A stretch of 60,066 nucleotides of DNA from positions 1 to 60,066 of the IMG/VR virus record IMGVR_UViG_3300037851_000345. One strand, written 5' to 3'. Within the stretch, counting starts at the first letter, position 1. Each line of letters starts with the position of its first letter. Positions 9,529-19,007 of the stretch are shown in pieces. This DNA comes from a virus. Its lineage: Duplodnaviria; Heunggongvirae; Uroviricota; Caudoviricetes. The notes beneath the pieces were generated by a model. It was given only the letters and a program-made list of their open reading frames with translations. It had not been told where the DNA came from and did no database searches. Made by a program: the position numbers and the translations under genes.

Positions 9529-10444
9529 TCAGAGGTTCCAACTCCATCTGGCCCCCCTTACCACACTCGCTACAGTAGTATTCCTTGTTGAGTTTGTAGC
9601 CGTATGCCGTACTCGTTTTTTCGTTGTAGAAGTCGATGACTACCTTCAAATCCGAAGGCAAGAGGTTTTCAAGCAACTTGATAACTTCTAAGAAATTATC
9701 AAACAATACAGCCTTGCCACCCACTTCCACTTTTTCCGTTGCGAGTGAGATGGACACAAGCAAACGGGTTAACACATCAGCCGACAGGGACTTGGTGGCC
9801 TTGTCGATTTCTTTCAGGGTCTTGAGGGTTGTGAACTTCAGGAACCATGTGATTCCCGATGTCGGCAATACAACCTTGAAGGGATACTCAAGGTCGAACG
9901 GAACAGAAGTCAAAACAAGGTCTTCCTTGTTCAACTTCATCGACAGTTTGTGGTTGTTCTCATCCGTTACGTTGATGTCCTTCTCGCCTGGGAAGGTGAT
10001 GGCAGACAACTCCACTAAGATGAAGTCTTGGTCGAACGTGGTCAGGTTTTCAAAGTCGAAAGCCGCCAGCCCTTCGAACTTCGCGCACTTACGAATCACG
10101 TTCAGGATGGAGTTCTCCTTCGAAGAGAACATCTCCTTGATGAGGATTTTCTCGTCCTCTGTTGTCATTTCTCTCAGTTTGATGTTGCTTGGGTAGCCGC
10201 ACTTCCCATTGGATGGCAACTGAAATTCAAACCAAACTGTTTCTCGTTTTTGCTTATCCTTCAATGACTTGATGACATTCTGGATGTGGTTCTCAGGCAA
10301 CTGACTCAACCTGTCGAACTCGCCTAAATCCGTTGGTGGTACAAACGGAATCATCGGTGGGGTCGGTTGTGCGGTTGGTGGAGTAGGTACTTTCTGATTC
10401 GGCACTTTTTCCTGTGCCACTTTTTGTAGTGTTTTTGGGTCCAT
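9506..10444 (-). CDS. gp26: Baseplate hub assembly / tail chaperone (gp26-like)
   Basis: LPSNGKCGY...LREMTTEDEKIL, CSECG Zn knuckle and C-terminal NFF; directly upstream of the tape measure. Confidence 0.75.
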   Translation of the reverse strand: MDPKTLQKVAQEKVPNQKVPTPPTAQPTPPMIPFVPPTDLGEFDRLSQLPENHIQNVIKSLKDKQKRETVWFEFQLPSNGKCGYPSNIKLREMTTEDEKILIKEMFSSKENSILNVIRKCAKFEGLAAFDFENLTTFDQDFILVELSAITFPGEKDINVTDENNHKLSMKLNKEDLVLTSVPFDLEYPFKVVLPTSGITWFLKFTTLKTLKEIDKATKSLSADVLTRLLVSISLATEKVEVGGKAVLFDNFLEVIKLLENLLPSDLKVVIDFYNEKTSTAYGYKLNKEYYCSECGKGGQMELEPLNFFRITI

Positions 10445-10494
10445 TTATAAATGTTCCTCCTTTTTGCTTGGACAATGATATTTAGGGAAAACTC

Positions 10495-11118
10495 TTAAAA
10501 TCCTACGTTTAGATTACTTACTGCGTTTGAAACCGCTCCGACTGCTAGTTGTGCGGCAGAGAGTGATTCAAAGTAATCAATCGAAAGAGTTACGGGAAAG
10601 GTGGCGATGGCTTCTGTGGAATAATCCAATGCGATTTGTCCGACTTCTTTAGGCCAAATCCCATGAAGGATGTATCCCCTCATTCCTACAGAGGATTCTA
10701 CACTGACTAAATCTCCATTCGTGAGCATGATAATCAGTCCTGTTCTCTTGTAACTGCCGCTGTCCCCTAGAGCAGACGATGCGCCTGTCTTGACGTTGTA
10801 CACCTTGTCCCGCCAAAGTTGGAAATAGGTGTGAGCGGCATTGATGGCATCATCACGAACGGTTACATTCCAATCCTGAAAATCCGTCTTTCCAGCCACT
10901 TTGGATTTACTAGCCTGCCATCCTAAGGAAATGGCTGTTGTGGAAGCCACTGGAGTAGCCGAGGCTGAAAGTAATTCGGTGATAACAGCCCCCGCTATCG
11001 AACCAATGGCTTTACCATCGAAAATCATAATGCGGAACAGGTAGGCACGATGGAGGTCAAGATATTTATTCAAAGCACCTTGAAATTCGGAAGGCTTCAT
11101 CGGCACAAGCGTACTCAT
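10495..11118 (-). CDS. Tail tube protein paralog (gp19-like)
   Basis: FQDWNVTVRDD...GIWPKEVGQIALDY...FPVTLSIDYF. Confidence 0.8.
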   Translation of the reverse strand: MSTLVPMKPSEFQGALNKYLDLHRAYLFRIMIFDGKAIGSIAGAVITELLSASATPVASTTAISLGWQASKSKVAGKTDFQDWNVTVRDDAINAAHTYFQLWRDKVYNVKTGASSALGDSGSYKRTGLIIMLTNGDLVSVESSVGMRGYILHGIWPKEVGQIALDYSTEAIATFPVTLSIDYFESLSAAQLAVGAVSNAVSNLNVGF

Positions 11119-11119
11119 T

Positions 11120-11677
11120 TTATTCTGCCTCCCCTACCCCTTTCACTTCAAAGTAATCCATCGCAAGGGTTACGCCGAAGGTGGCGATGTTATCGTCATC
11201 GTAACTGAGTGTCGTAGCCTGAATTTCCATCGGCCATACGCCATACAGGACGTAAGCCCGATAGAGGGAGGAGCCTGTAGGTGGTATCAATTTCACAACT
11301 GCAACCCGCTTGTACCTATCCACGGATGGCTTCGTAATCTTCGGCCAAATACTAAGCCTCCAAGCGTGAAAATATTTGAACGCTTCTCCTGTCGAGTTAT
11401 CCCTGACAGTAACTTGCCATTGTTGCGGTAGTGTTCGCCCCGCTTGTTTTATTTGTGTGTGTAAGTAGTCTACACGTTGGTCAGTTGTTGTCATCACAGG
11501 TGTTGCCGTGTTGGAAATCCAGTAAAATGGCTCAGAACTGCTTTCTCCCCCGACAAAATAAACAGAGAACAAATAAGTTCTGAAGTAGTCCTTTGAAGTG
11601 GCAAGTTCGTTGAAGTTCTTGACAGTTAATATCTTCTCATCAACACTTAGGTTCTTGAAGATGTCTAGAAAACTCAT
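11120..11677 (-). CDS. Tail tube protein paralog (gp19-like)
   Basis: WQVTVRD...GVWPMEIQATTLSY...FGVTLAMDYF. Confidence 0.8.
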   Translation of the reverse strand: MSFLDIFKNLSVDEKILTVKNFNELATSKDYFRTYLFSVYFVGGESSSEPFYWISNTATPVMTTTDQRVDYLHTQIKQAGRTLPQQWQVTVRDNSTGEAFKYFHAWRLSIWPKITKPSVDRYKRVAVVKLIPPTGSSLYRAYVLYGVWPMEIQATTLSYDDDNIATFGVTLAMDYFEVKGVGEAE

Positions 11678-11678
11678 T

Positions 11679-12326
11679 TTATGCCTTTTTGTACGGCATT
11701 ATAAATCTGTCAAAAGCAAATTCCACGCTGTAGGTTACGATGCCATCGTCCGCATAATTAAGATTTGCGCCGCTAATGCTTACAGGAAATGCCCCTTCCA
11801 AGGTGAAACTTGAATTTGGAACTTCGTTTGCCATCTCGTCTAAAAGAATAAGGCTGACTGATTTCTTGTATTTTTTAGGAATGTTTGATGTCCGATTATC
11901 GGTGTTGTAGCCTGCTAGTTGCCAATCGTAAAAATATTTATAGGTAGTCCTGCCTTGGGGACCTCCACCTTTAGGAACCCAAGTTTGATAAGACAGATTT
12001 AAAAGGGGTACTGTAATCGTCTTCCATTCCTTTTCTTCCGCTGTGGAAGCCACAGCATTTGAATCAAGTCGAAATGTAGCACTCCAATTTTGATACGTTA
12101 CTTTAGTTTGAATCTTCAACTCGCTGTTATAAAAAGGGATAGCCTGAACCGTGGACTGCATAACAGGAAATGCTGTTGAGGCTGTACATAATTCAAATGC
12201 ATCTTGAGATTTTAGAGAAACGTTGTCAAGGTCTATGTTTGGAAGGATTATTCGGAACAGGTAAGACTTTTGATATTGGATGCCATCTATGATTGAACCA
12301 AAACTAGTGGGTGAAAGTCTTTCCAT
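11679..12326 (-). CDS. Tail tube protein paralog (gp19/gp54-like)
   Basis: YQNWSATFRLD...GAFPVSISGANLNY...YSVEFAFD. Confidence 0.75.
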   Translation of the reverse strand: MERLSPTSFGSIIDGIQYQKSYLFRIILPNIDLDNVSLKSQDAFELCTASTAFPVMQSTVQAIPFYNSELKIQTKVTYQNWSATFRLDSNAVASTAEEKEWKTITVPLLNLSYQTWVPKGGGPQGRTTYKYFYDWQLAGYNTDNRTSNIPKKYKKSVSLILLDEMANEVPNSSFTLEGAFPVSISGANLNYADDGIVTYSVEFAFDRFIMPYKKA

Positions 12327-12364
12327 TGTTTAACAGCCTTAACAACATTTCAAAAATTTATCAA

Positions 12365-12907
12365 TTACAGAGGGATTGGCACAAACTCGTCATAGTTCAT
12401 CGTAATCGGAAACGTGATGATGCCTTCTGTTGCGTAATCCAAGGTTATTTGACCAATCGACCCTGGCCAGGCGTTGACTAACTTGTACCCTCTCTTCTGT
12501 TCACCACGATTGTTTAACAGATAAAGGTCGCAAGAGTATTTGTAATCCCGTGGAATACTAGACTGACCCGAACTAGTCTCATAAACTAGTCTGCGCCAAG
12601 ATTTGAAATAGTTATAGGCTAGCGAGGTTGCATCATCTCTGACGGTAACTGACCATTCTGCGTATTTAGTCTGTCCACCAAGTTTGATTTCGGAATTCAT
12701 CCAAGGCACGTTGATAACGCCTGTGGTTTCTACAGGAGATTGCGAAGATGCTATAAAATAACTGATAAGAGAGGCATCACTAACCCCAGGAATGGGCATC
12801 AGGATAACCTGAAACAAATACTGACGATGGTAGTCTGTTGACGGTCCATTTGTCCCTATTGTCTTTGTAAAAAACGACCCCGGTGAAATTACAGGTGTAT
12901 CAGCCAT
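12365..12907 (-). CDS. gp19: Major tail tube protein
   Basis: Immediately after the sheath; YAEWSVTVRDD...NAWPGSIGQITLDY...FPITMNYD. Confidence 0.85.
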   Translation of the reverse strand: MADTPVISPGSFFTKTIGTNGPSTDYHRQYLFQVILMPIPGVSDASLISYFIASSQSPVETTGVINVPWMNSEIKLGGQTKYAEWSVTVRDDATSLAYNYFKSWRRLVYETSSGQSSIPRDYKYSCDLYLLNNRGEQKRGYKLVNAWPGSIGQITLDYATEGIITFPITMNYDEFVPIPL

Positions 12908-12919
12908 GTTGTACTCTCC

Positions 12920-15625
12920 TTATGCATTGTTAATGATAGACGAAATATCATCCTTAGTTACTGTGAAGTTGAAGATGATGTATTCAGCAGTAAAGACTGG
13001 CTTCACGTAAACCTCAACGATAATTTGACCCTGAGCAATCGTCTGATTGGTGTTGTTGGTGCTGTCGCAGATTACTCTGTAGTCTTCGATACCGTTTCTT
13101 GCCCTGATTGAGTCAAGATAAGGTTCCACGGTACGAACGATTCTCAATCTCGTATCAAAAGTGTTCGGTTCAAACAAGAAAGCCTTCATTGAGTTCTTGA
13201 TATCCTTCTCCATCTTCAACATCAGTCTGCGAATAGGAAGTTTATTGAAGGCCGATGAACCCGTATACATCGTCTTAATACCGAATACAACTGGGCCGGA
13301 ACCATCGTTGATGCATGGGTTGATGCCTGCGGCATAAAGAGTTTCGAACTCGCCGTTGTCAATATCCTGTTCAAGTTCCACAACTTCGTTCAACATACCA
13401 CGGTTGTACCCTGCGGTAGCATACCAAGGGTCTCTAATCAGGTCGGTCTTGACAATCAACGGAGTTACCTGAATTGCAGGCGGGAGAGAGACCAACGAAC
13501 CCGTGAAAGAGTCCAAAACCTTCGAACCGTTAGCGTAAATTGCTGAGTAGGTCGAACTACCCAAGAGGTTCTTGTAGCGAACCATGTCGGTTACTTCCAA
13601 GCCCCAAGGAATATTCAAGATACCCACGCAGTCCTTTCTTGTCTCACAGATTGCCTTGATATTGGCCTGAACTGCGAGCGATTGGTTTCCACCAGCCGAG
13701 ATAAGGTCGATGTCAACCTCGTTCGTGTTGGCAAACAGGTTGTAGCCTGCCAAAATTTTATATTCCCTTACTTGCGGAACCACGTAAACACCGCCTGACA
13801 TATTTGTGGACGGGCCATCGGTTCCACCCGTGAGGAAGAAGCGTTCAATTGATTGCGGAACGTAGGTGCAAGTTACTGCTCCTGTTAGAGCATCGATTGA
13901 GTTATAACCACCACCCACAACGCAAGTGTAGTTAGGATTCATAAACACACGAATCCACTTCGAATTGTCATTCACAAGGTCGGTAATAAACATTGTTTTG
14001 CCCCAGAAATCGACCTTAGTAGGAATCAACGAGCAAAGGAATTGCTCTTCGATTTGGCCTGTAGCCGCGCTTTCAACGATAATCAGCAATTCGTCATCGG
14101 TTGTCGGGGCATAATTTACCTTGTTCTTGAAATAAGGAACAGTACTTGACGAATCCCAATCGTTGTGATTGTAGACCGTTACCCGAATCTCGTCATTTGC
14201 CCAAGCACCACATGAACGAGCATAGATATTCATAAAGATTGGTAGTTCACTTGGGTCTGTGATACCCCCACCCTTAATTGGGTAACCATTTTCATCATAT
14301 TTGGTAGCATCCCAACCGTCAAAGTTGGTGTACATTGGTAGTGTATAGGTTCCCATACCACCGTAGAATGGGTCAAGAAGCATACAAGCCCAATTACCAT
14401 CAATTCCTGCTGGAGTCGTTGCGGTAAAATTGACAGTCTGTGTTCTGAGTGATTCGCTGAATTCAGTATTGATGGAACGGACTACCCGTTCTGAATTTAA
14501 TGCATCTCCGAACTTTACAGTCTTACCAATAATGAATTGACCATACTTCATACCGTCAAAGGCAACTGTTATACTACCACCACCTGAAACAACGTTTCCA
14601 CAAACGACTGGGCAAATAAGGTTGACGTATCTTGTTGGTTCTGGATGTCTTTTGACCGTATTAGTATTACCACCAACAAGGGCACAAGTTCCTGCTCCTG
14701 TTCCTGTTGGAATAGTAAGCGCTTCAGGGACAAAAGTACCAAGAACAGGGTCAATGTACCACAACCTGTTAGTGTTGTCGTATCCCCTCAAAATACCTGT
14801 ATGGGTTGCCGCGCCATTCTGAACCACTTTTCCGATATCCGAAGCAACGCAGTTTGTGTAGCCAAAAGGACTCATCGTAAGAACCGTTGTGAGGTTCTGT
14901 GGGATGTTGCCCCCGTTGACAGCCGTTACTTGGAAAGTGTAAGAGGTTTTATTGATAACCCAATAATCCGTACCTGTGAAAAGACCATTGGTGCTTGCAG
15001 TAAATCTTACGTTCTGACCATTCTGCATCCCATGTGGGTCTGTAGTTGTTAATTTGTCTGTTGATACGTTAATAGTTACGGCCTGGCCCCAAGTTCCGAT
15101 AGTGATTGGGGTCGTACCGTTGATACCACGCTTACAACCACGAAGTGAAATGACTTCGCCTGCAGATGGCATATCGATTTCACGGTAGATGATGTATTCC
15201 GTATCCCCGTTGTAGTCCAAACGCACTAAGCCTGATTCCGGCCAACCGTAAACCGTTGGAACGCCTGAACCCGTAACATATTCGATGTCGAGAGACGTGT
15301 CGCTAGATGCAAGAGTATCTTCGATTTGATAGTAGGAGTCGATACCGCTTGTCAAGCCTGCGAAGTTGAATTGGTCGGTTGCACGAACAACGAGCAACTT
15401 ATTGCCGCCGTACTTGAAGAAGAACCGTGCGAAGAAATCGAGATAGCCACTATCCTGACCGAATATTGCTACGTAGTCAGAATAATTGGTCATCAGTACA
15501 ACTTCGTTGGCTGGGCCTTTGGAAGAACTGCCGACAATACCCGTAATGGTAGTCGGACCTTCGGTGATGTACTGAGACTTGTCGTACTCGTTGATGTAAA
15601 TATCTGGTTTAATATATTCTGCCAT
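12920..15625 (-). CDS. gp18: Contractile tail sheath protein
   Basis: PDIYINEYD..., KGPAN, PWYATAGYNRG, IRRLML..., LFEPN, YVKPVFTAEYIIFNF. Confidence 0.97.
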   Translation of the reverse strand: MAEYIKPDIYINEYDKSQYITEGPTTITGIVGSSSKGPANEVVLMTNYSDYVAIFGQDSGYLDFFARFFFKYGGNKLLVVRATDQFNFAGLTSGIDSYYQIEDTLASSDTSLDIEYVTGSGVPTVYGWPESGLVRLDYNGDTEYIIYREIDMPSAGEVISLRGCKRGINGTTPITIGTWGQAVTINVSTDKLTTTDPHGMQNGQNVRFTASTNGLFTGTDYWVINKTSYTFQVTAVNGGNIPQNLTTVLTMSPFGYTNCVASDIGKVVQNGAATHTGILRGYDNTNRLWYIDPVLGTFVPEALTIPTGTGAGTCALVGGNTNTVKRHPEPTRYVNLICPVVCGNVVSGGGSITVAFDGMKYGQFIIGKTVKFGDALNSERVVRSINTEFSESLRTQTVNFTATTPAGIDGNWACMLLDPFYGGMGTYTLPMYTNFDGWDATKYDENGYPIKGGGITDPSELPIFMNIYARSCGAWANDEIRVTVYNHNDWDSSSTVPYFKNKVNYAPTTDDELLIIVESAATGQIEEQFLCSLIPTKVDFWGKTMFITDLVNDNSKWIRVFMNPNYTCVVGGGYNSIDALTGAVTCTYVPQSIERFFLTGGTDGPSTNMSGGVYVVPQVREYKILAGYNLFANTNEVDIDLISAGGNQSLAVQANIKAICETRKDCVGILNIPWGLEVTDMVRYKNLLGSSTYSAIYANGSKVLDSFTGSLVSLPPAIQVTPLIVKTDLIRDPWYATAGYNRGMLNEVVELEQDIDNGEFETLYAAGINPCINDGSGPVVFGIKTMYTGSSAFNKLPIRRLMLKMEKDIKNSMKAFLFEPNTFDTRLRIVRTVEPYLDSIRARNGIEDYRVICDSTNNTNQTIAQGQIIVEVYVKPVFTAEYIIFNFTVTKDDISSIINNA

Positions 15626-15636
15626 AATGGTTCTCC

Positions 15637-15939
15637 TTATGCGCTATATGTTCCCGCTGTCAAGGTAACGGATACTTTGGTTTTGTCGTAGCCAAAATCC
15701 TGAATCAAGATTTTGGTCAACGGATTGCCGTCTTCGATGGGGAGATTGAGAATATTCTCTGTTACGGCAATCTCTGTCCCTGGAGCATCGGGGTCTGGCT
15801 CATGGTAGTTGTAAGTAACGAAAGTGCAACCTGCAGGAATCTGAATTGCGAGGGATGTTTCATCCGTCCAATTCGTGTAGGTTACGGTTTGGATACTTGA
15901 ACTCTTATTTACAACTGTAATCTTAGCCTCAGCAGTCAT
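15637..15939 (-). CDS. Hypothetical virion protein
   Basis: ORF in the tail operon; GGAGGG SD before ATG 15939. Confidence 0.6.
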   Translation of the reverse strand: MTAEAKITVVNKSSSIQTVTYTNWTDETSLAIQIPAGCTFVTYNYHEPDPDAPGTEIAVTENILNLPIEDGNPLTKILIQDFGYDKTKVSVTLTAGTYSA

Positions 15940-15977
15940 TTTACCCTCCAAAAACAATATAGTTTCTTCATCTGCTT

Positions 15978-16586
15978 TTATTTATTGTTTTGCTTATTTC
16001 CCTTTATCCAATTTTCCTCAGCCCACATTGGTTGAAGATTTGTGTAATGACAAGCCTTTAAGAATTCTTCTTTATTTTGAAGATTGAAAAAGTCTAAAGG
16101 AATAATGTGGTCAATATGCCATCCATTCCAAGTCCAATTATCCCAAGTCATTCCTTTTTGAAATTTAGACTCCAAATAAATTTTGAGTTCAGGGATAGAA
16201 CAGCCTAGGTCGTGAACTGCGGAACCTGATTTAGAACCATTTTTTATTGCTCTCCATAATCTACTCCGTAAACCGTGAGAAAGTTTAAAGTTTAAATCTG
16301 TTTTTAATTTACTCCTTATATATTTGTTTCTTGTATCTTTATGATTAGAATTATATTCTTTTACTTTATTTTTTATTGTTTCTTTATTATCTTTGTAATA
16401 TCTTTGTTTTGTTATTTTTATTTTTTCTTTGTTATTTTTTTGGTAAGTTTGTTTATCTTCTTTATACTTTTGATAATGTTTTTTGGCCTTTAATTTTTTT
16501 TCTTCTTTATGAATTTTATCATAGATTTTTTGTCTTTTATTTTTTGCAAGTCTTCTTTCTTCTTCCGTAAAATATTTTTTATACAT
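15978..16586 (-). CDS. HNH homing endonuclease
   Basis: LGCS..L..YLE.KF..GMTW.N..GWHIDHIIP...HYTNLQPMWA.EN..K; AT-rich insertion between gp15 and the sheath region. Confidence 0.9.
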   Translation of the reverse strand: MYKKYFTEEERRLAKNKRQKIYDKIHKEEKKLKAKKHYQKYKEDKQTYQKNNKEKIKITKQRYYKDNKETIKNKVKEYNSNHKDTRNKYIRSKLKTDLNFKLSHGLRSRLWRAIKNGSKSGSAVHDLGCSIPELKIYLESKFQKGMTWDNWTWNGWHIDHIIPLDFFNLQNKEEFLKACHYTNLQPMWAEENWIKGNKQNNK

Positions 16587-17731
16587 TACAGGATTCCTGA
16601 AATACCATCAACTTTCCACTCCGAATATCCTGAGTAGCCTGTCCATGCTTCTGAATATCCGCTAGTGCCAGGAGTACCACTAGCCCACAAGAGATGACTG
16701 TATCCTGACCAACCCGTATCTGCCTCTTTGAACGGGTCGTAAGGTTCGCACAAGACAGTTACACCCGCAGACGAAAGACCGACTCGCAAAGGTTCCTTCA
16801 TCAAGAACGTCTGTTTTTCCGTGTTGAATTTTACGATGACCTTGCCGTTGGAATATCCTGACCATCCTGAAGTCGTGCCGTTGTCGTAGTAGGCAGAAAC
16901 CCCCGAATATCCTGATGGCACGTCCACCACCACACCCGTATGATTGTAGTGCGCCCCTGTCAGCAGTTGTCCTAGTTGTACAACGAACAGCGGGTTCGCC
17001 GTGTAAATTACTTCACGGATTGTCGGGTCGGCAACAATTCCGACTTGCGAAAGCCCAGCGTGGGTCGAGTATTCTTTGTAGTTGGTGATGATTTCTTTAA
17101 CCATCCCGTAGGCCTCGTATGCCTCACGAACCAACCAACTTTCGATTTGGAACGTAACGGGGACGGCGAGAATATCTCTACGACCTTCGGCGGGATATTC
17201 GTAATTGAATGAGAAATTAGGCGGCGAAGTAATCACCACCCAATGCGACAGAGTTATCTCTTCGGGAAAAATTGGATGCTTCGTATAGTAAACACGATGG
17301 TAGTTGAACATCGGCACAATTTGCTCTATCAACTGCATGATATCTTCTTGATACTTGGCATAGATGTTCATGGTGATAGTGTAGTTCCACGGCATCGGCA
17401 GCAGGTTGTCGTAGTCCACTCCCGAACGCCCACCCGTCAGATGCAGGGTCTTCTCTGCAAAGGCGCGGGTCTTATCATGTTCCATCCCCGTCAATTCAAA
17501 ATGGAGCATCGGCATCTGAACCGTGCGCTGAACTGTTTCTCCCCTAGAGTTGACGTAGGAACTTCTTTCGATGGGGCCAAACATGATAGGAACGGTTATT
17601 TCTGAATCGGGCAGTCCTGTCGTTTCATCGAATTTCTTGACCTTCATCTGTGGGAATAGGTTAAGAAAACCGATGAGCATATTTTTAATGTTCTTGTTGT
17701 AGTACCAAATATTACTGCCCCATTGAAGCAT
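16586..17731 (-). CDS. gp15: Tail sheath stabilizer / terminator with SGYSG-rich C-terminal extension
   Basis: IKNMLIGFLNLF...VPIMFGP...PMPWNY...QLIEQIVPMF. Confidence 0.85.
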   Translation of the reverse strand: MLQWGSNIWYYNKNIKNMLIGFLNLFPQMKVKKFDETTGLPDSEITVPIMFGPIERSSYVNSRGETVQRTVQMPMLHFELTGMEHDKTRAFAEKTLHLTGGRSGVDYDNLLPMPWNYTITMNIYAKYQEDIMQLIEQIVPMFNYHRVYYTKHPIFPEEITLSHWVVITSPPNFSFNYEYPAEGRRDILAVPVTFQIESWLVREAYEAYGMVKEIITNYKEYSTHAGLSQVGIVADPTIREVIYTANPLFVVQLGQLLTGAHYNHTGVVVDVPSGYSGVSAYYDNGTTSGWSGYSNGKVIVKFNTEKQTFLMKEPLRVGLSSAGVTVLCEPYDPFKEADTGWSGYSHLLWASGTPGTSGYSEAWTGYSGYSEWKVDGISGIL

Positions 17732-17743
17732 TAGTTAGTCCTC

Positions 17744-18025
17744 TTATTTATAAAGGTCGCAAATTGTATCATCACCAACTTCTAAAATTGCGTCTGTGTC
17801 GTAATTTAAAGTTTCTGGTTCTATATCCCCATAAAGAGCCATACAAATTGGGGCAGAAAACCAACCATCATTAAAGTGTTTACAATTAGGACAACTTTTA
17901 ACATCACGAAAATGATTTATTTTTTTAAAGGCTTTTTCTGAAATTTCTTTTCGGCTTACACCCACCAATATTTTCTTTTTATCCTTTGTCCCGTACTTCC
18001 GAATATCCTCTTTGGTGAGTTTCAT
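17744..18025 (-). CDS. Hypothetical protein, MKLTxEDIxKYGT family, Cys-rich
   Basis: N-terminus shared with ORFs at 40125 and 40408; GGAG SD. Confidence 0.7.
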   Translation of the reverse strand: MKLTKEDIRKYGTKDKKKILVGVSRKEISEKAFKKINHFRDVKSCPNCKHFNDGWFSAPICMALYGDIEPETLNYDTDAILEVGDDTICDLYK

Positions 18026-18034
18026 CTACTCCTC

Positions 18035-18271
18035 CTATAAATTCTTCAGCCTTGCAAACAACTCCCACTTTGTGCAACCTTGATTTGCCTTCCTCTTGGT
18101 GTTCCACCAGCCGCTCTTCCGATGACCGCAAATTCCCATCTCCTCTGCGCCTGCACCTTCGACCACGATGAAGGATGGATTCCAGATGGAGTCCAACTTA
18201 CGGCAACCGTACCAATAGTTACATGTTCCGCAGTATTTTTGCTGTCTACTAAATTTATAAATCGCCATCAA
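18035..18271 (-). CDS. Small Cys-rich hypothetical protein
   Basis: CxxC...C...C pattern; first gene of the leftward operon. Confidence 0.6.
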   Translation of the reverse strand: MMAIYKFSRQQKYCGTCNYWYGCRKLDSIWNPSFIVVEGAGAEEMGICGHRKSGWWNTKRKANQGCTKWELFARLKNL

Positions 18272-18311
18272 TACTATTTATGTTAAAACATAAATAAGAG
18301 TGGAGAACAAT

Positions 18312-19007
18312 ATGACTAAATTCAAAGTGATAGAGACTGAGAAGAAAATAACTGAGGCTGGAAAAGTTGCACCGACTATAGGTGCAGGATTTACGGCTTT
18401 AACAAATTTGGCATCAGCATTTGGAATAAAAACTCAGGCCATATCAACTATCAAGGGTCTTTATAAAGATTTCAAAAATATATTTACAGCGGCAAAAACA
18501 AGAAAATATACAGACGATGAACAAAAAGTAATAAAGGCACTTAGAGGTGGAAATTTCAACAAATTTATCGAAGCCATATATAATCAAAAATTCAAACCGC
18601 AACAACCACAACAAACTACGGTAGACAAACCACATCAAGATGTTGGATTAAGTGATAAGGTTAATAAAAATGAGTCTACTTTAACAGAAGCAATATCAAC
18701 ACCTGAATTGACTGATGAAGAACAAAATTTTTATTCAGCGGTGGGTCTTCCGAAAGACAAAACTACCAAAACCATTAAAAAATTGATTTCTTATTTTGTA
18801 CAAGATAGGTCATATCTTAATCCTACAAATATGGATGCGCAAAACTTTACAAAATATTTTCTTCAATATTTGGGTGATTACAGTCGAATAATGTCGAATC
18901 CTAGGGAAACAGATTACATCAATGGGTTGTTTGTCAAAAAAGAGAAAAATCAATTAACACCACAGGAAGAAAAACAATTAAATGCTTGGGTACAAGGTCA
19001 GAGATAA
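18312..19007 (+). CDS. Hypothetical protein, possible internal head protein
   Basis: TAAATA at 18291, GGAG SD, ITE/LTE motifs resembling prohead protease sites. Confidence 0.6.
   Translation: MTKFKVIETEKKITEAGKVAPTIGAGFTALTNLASAFGIKTQAISTIKGLYKDFKNIFTAAKTRKYTDDEQKVIKALRGGNFNKFIEAIYNQKFKPQQPQQTTVDKPHQDVGLSDKVNKNESTLTEAISTPELTDEEQNFYSAVGLPKDKTTKTIKKLISYFVQDRSYLNPTNMDAQNFTKYFLQYLGDYSRIMSNPRETDYINGLFVKKEKNQLTPQEEKQLNAWVQGQR

Noticed and set aside
7572-10196. Long antisense ORFs (7572, 8064, 9636; also 26338, 31997, 41226)
   Set aside because: Shadows of real genes on the opposite strand, with no SD or recognisable motifs.
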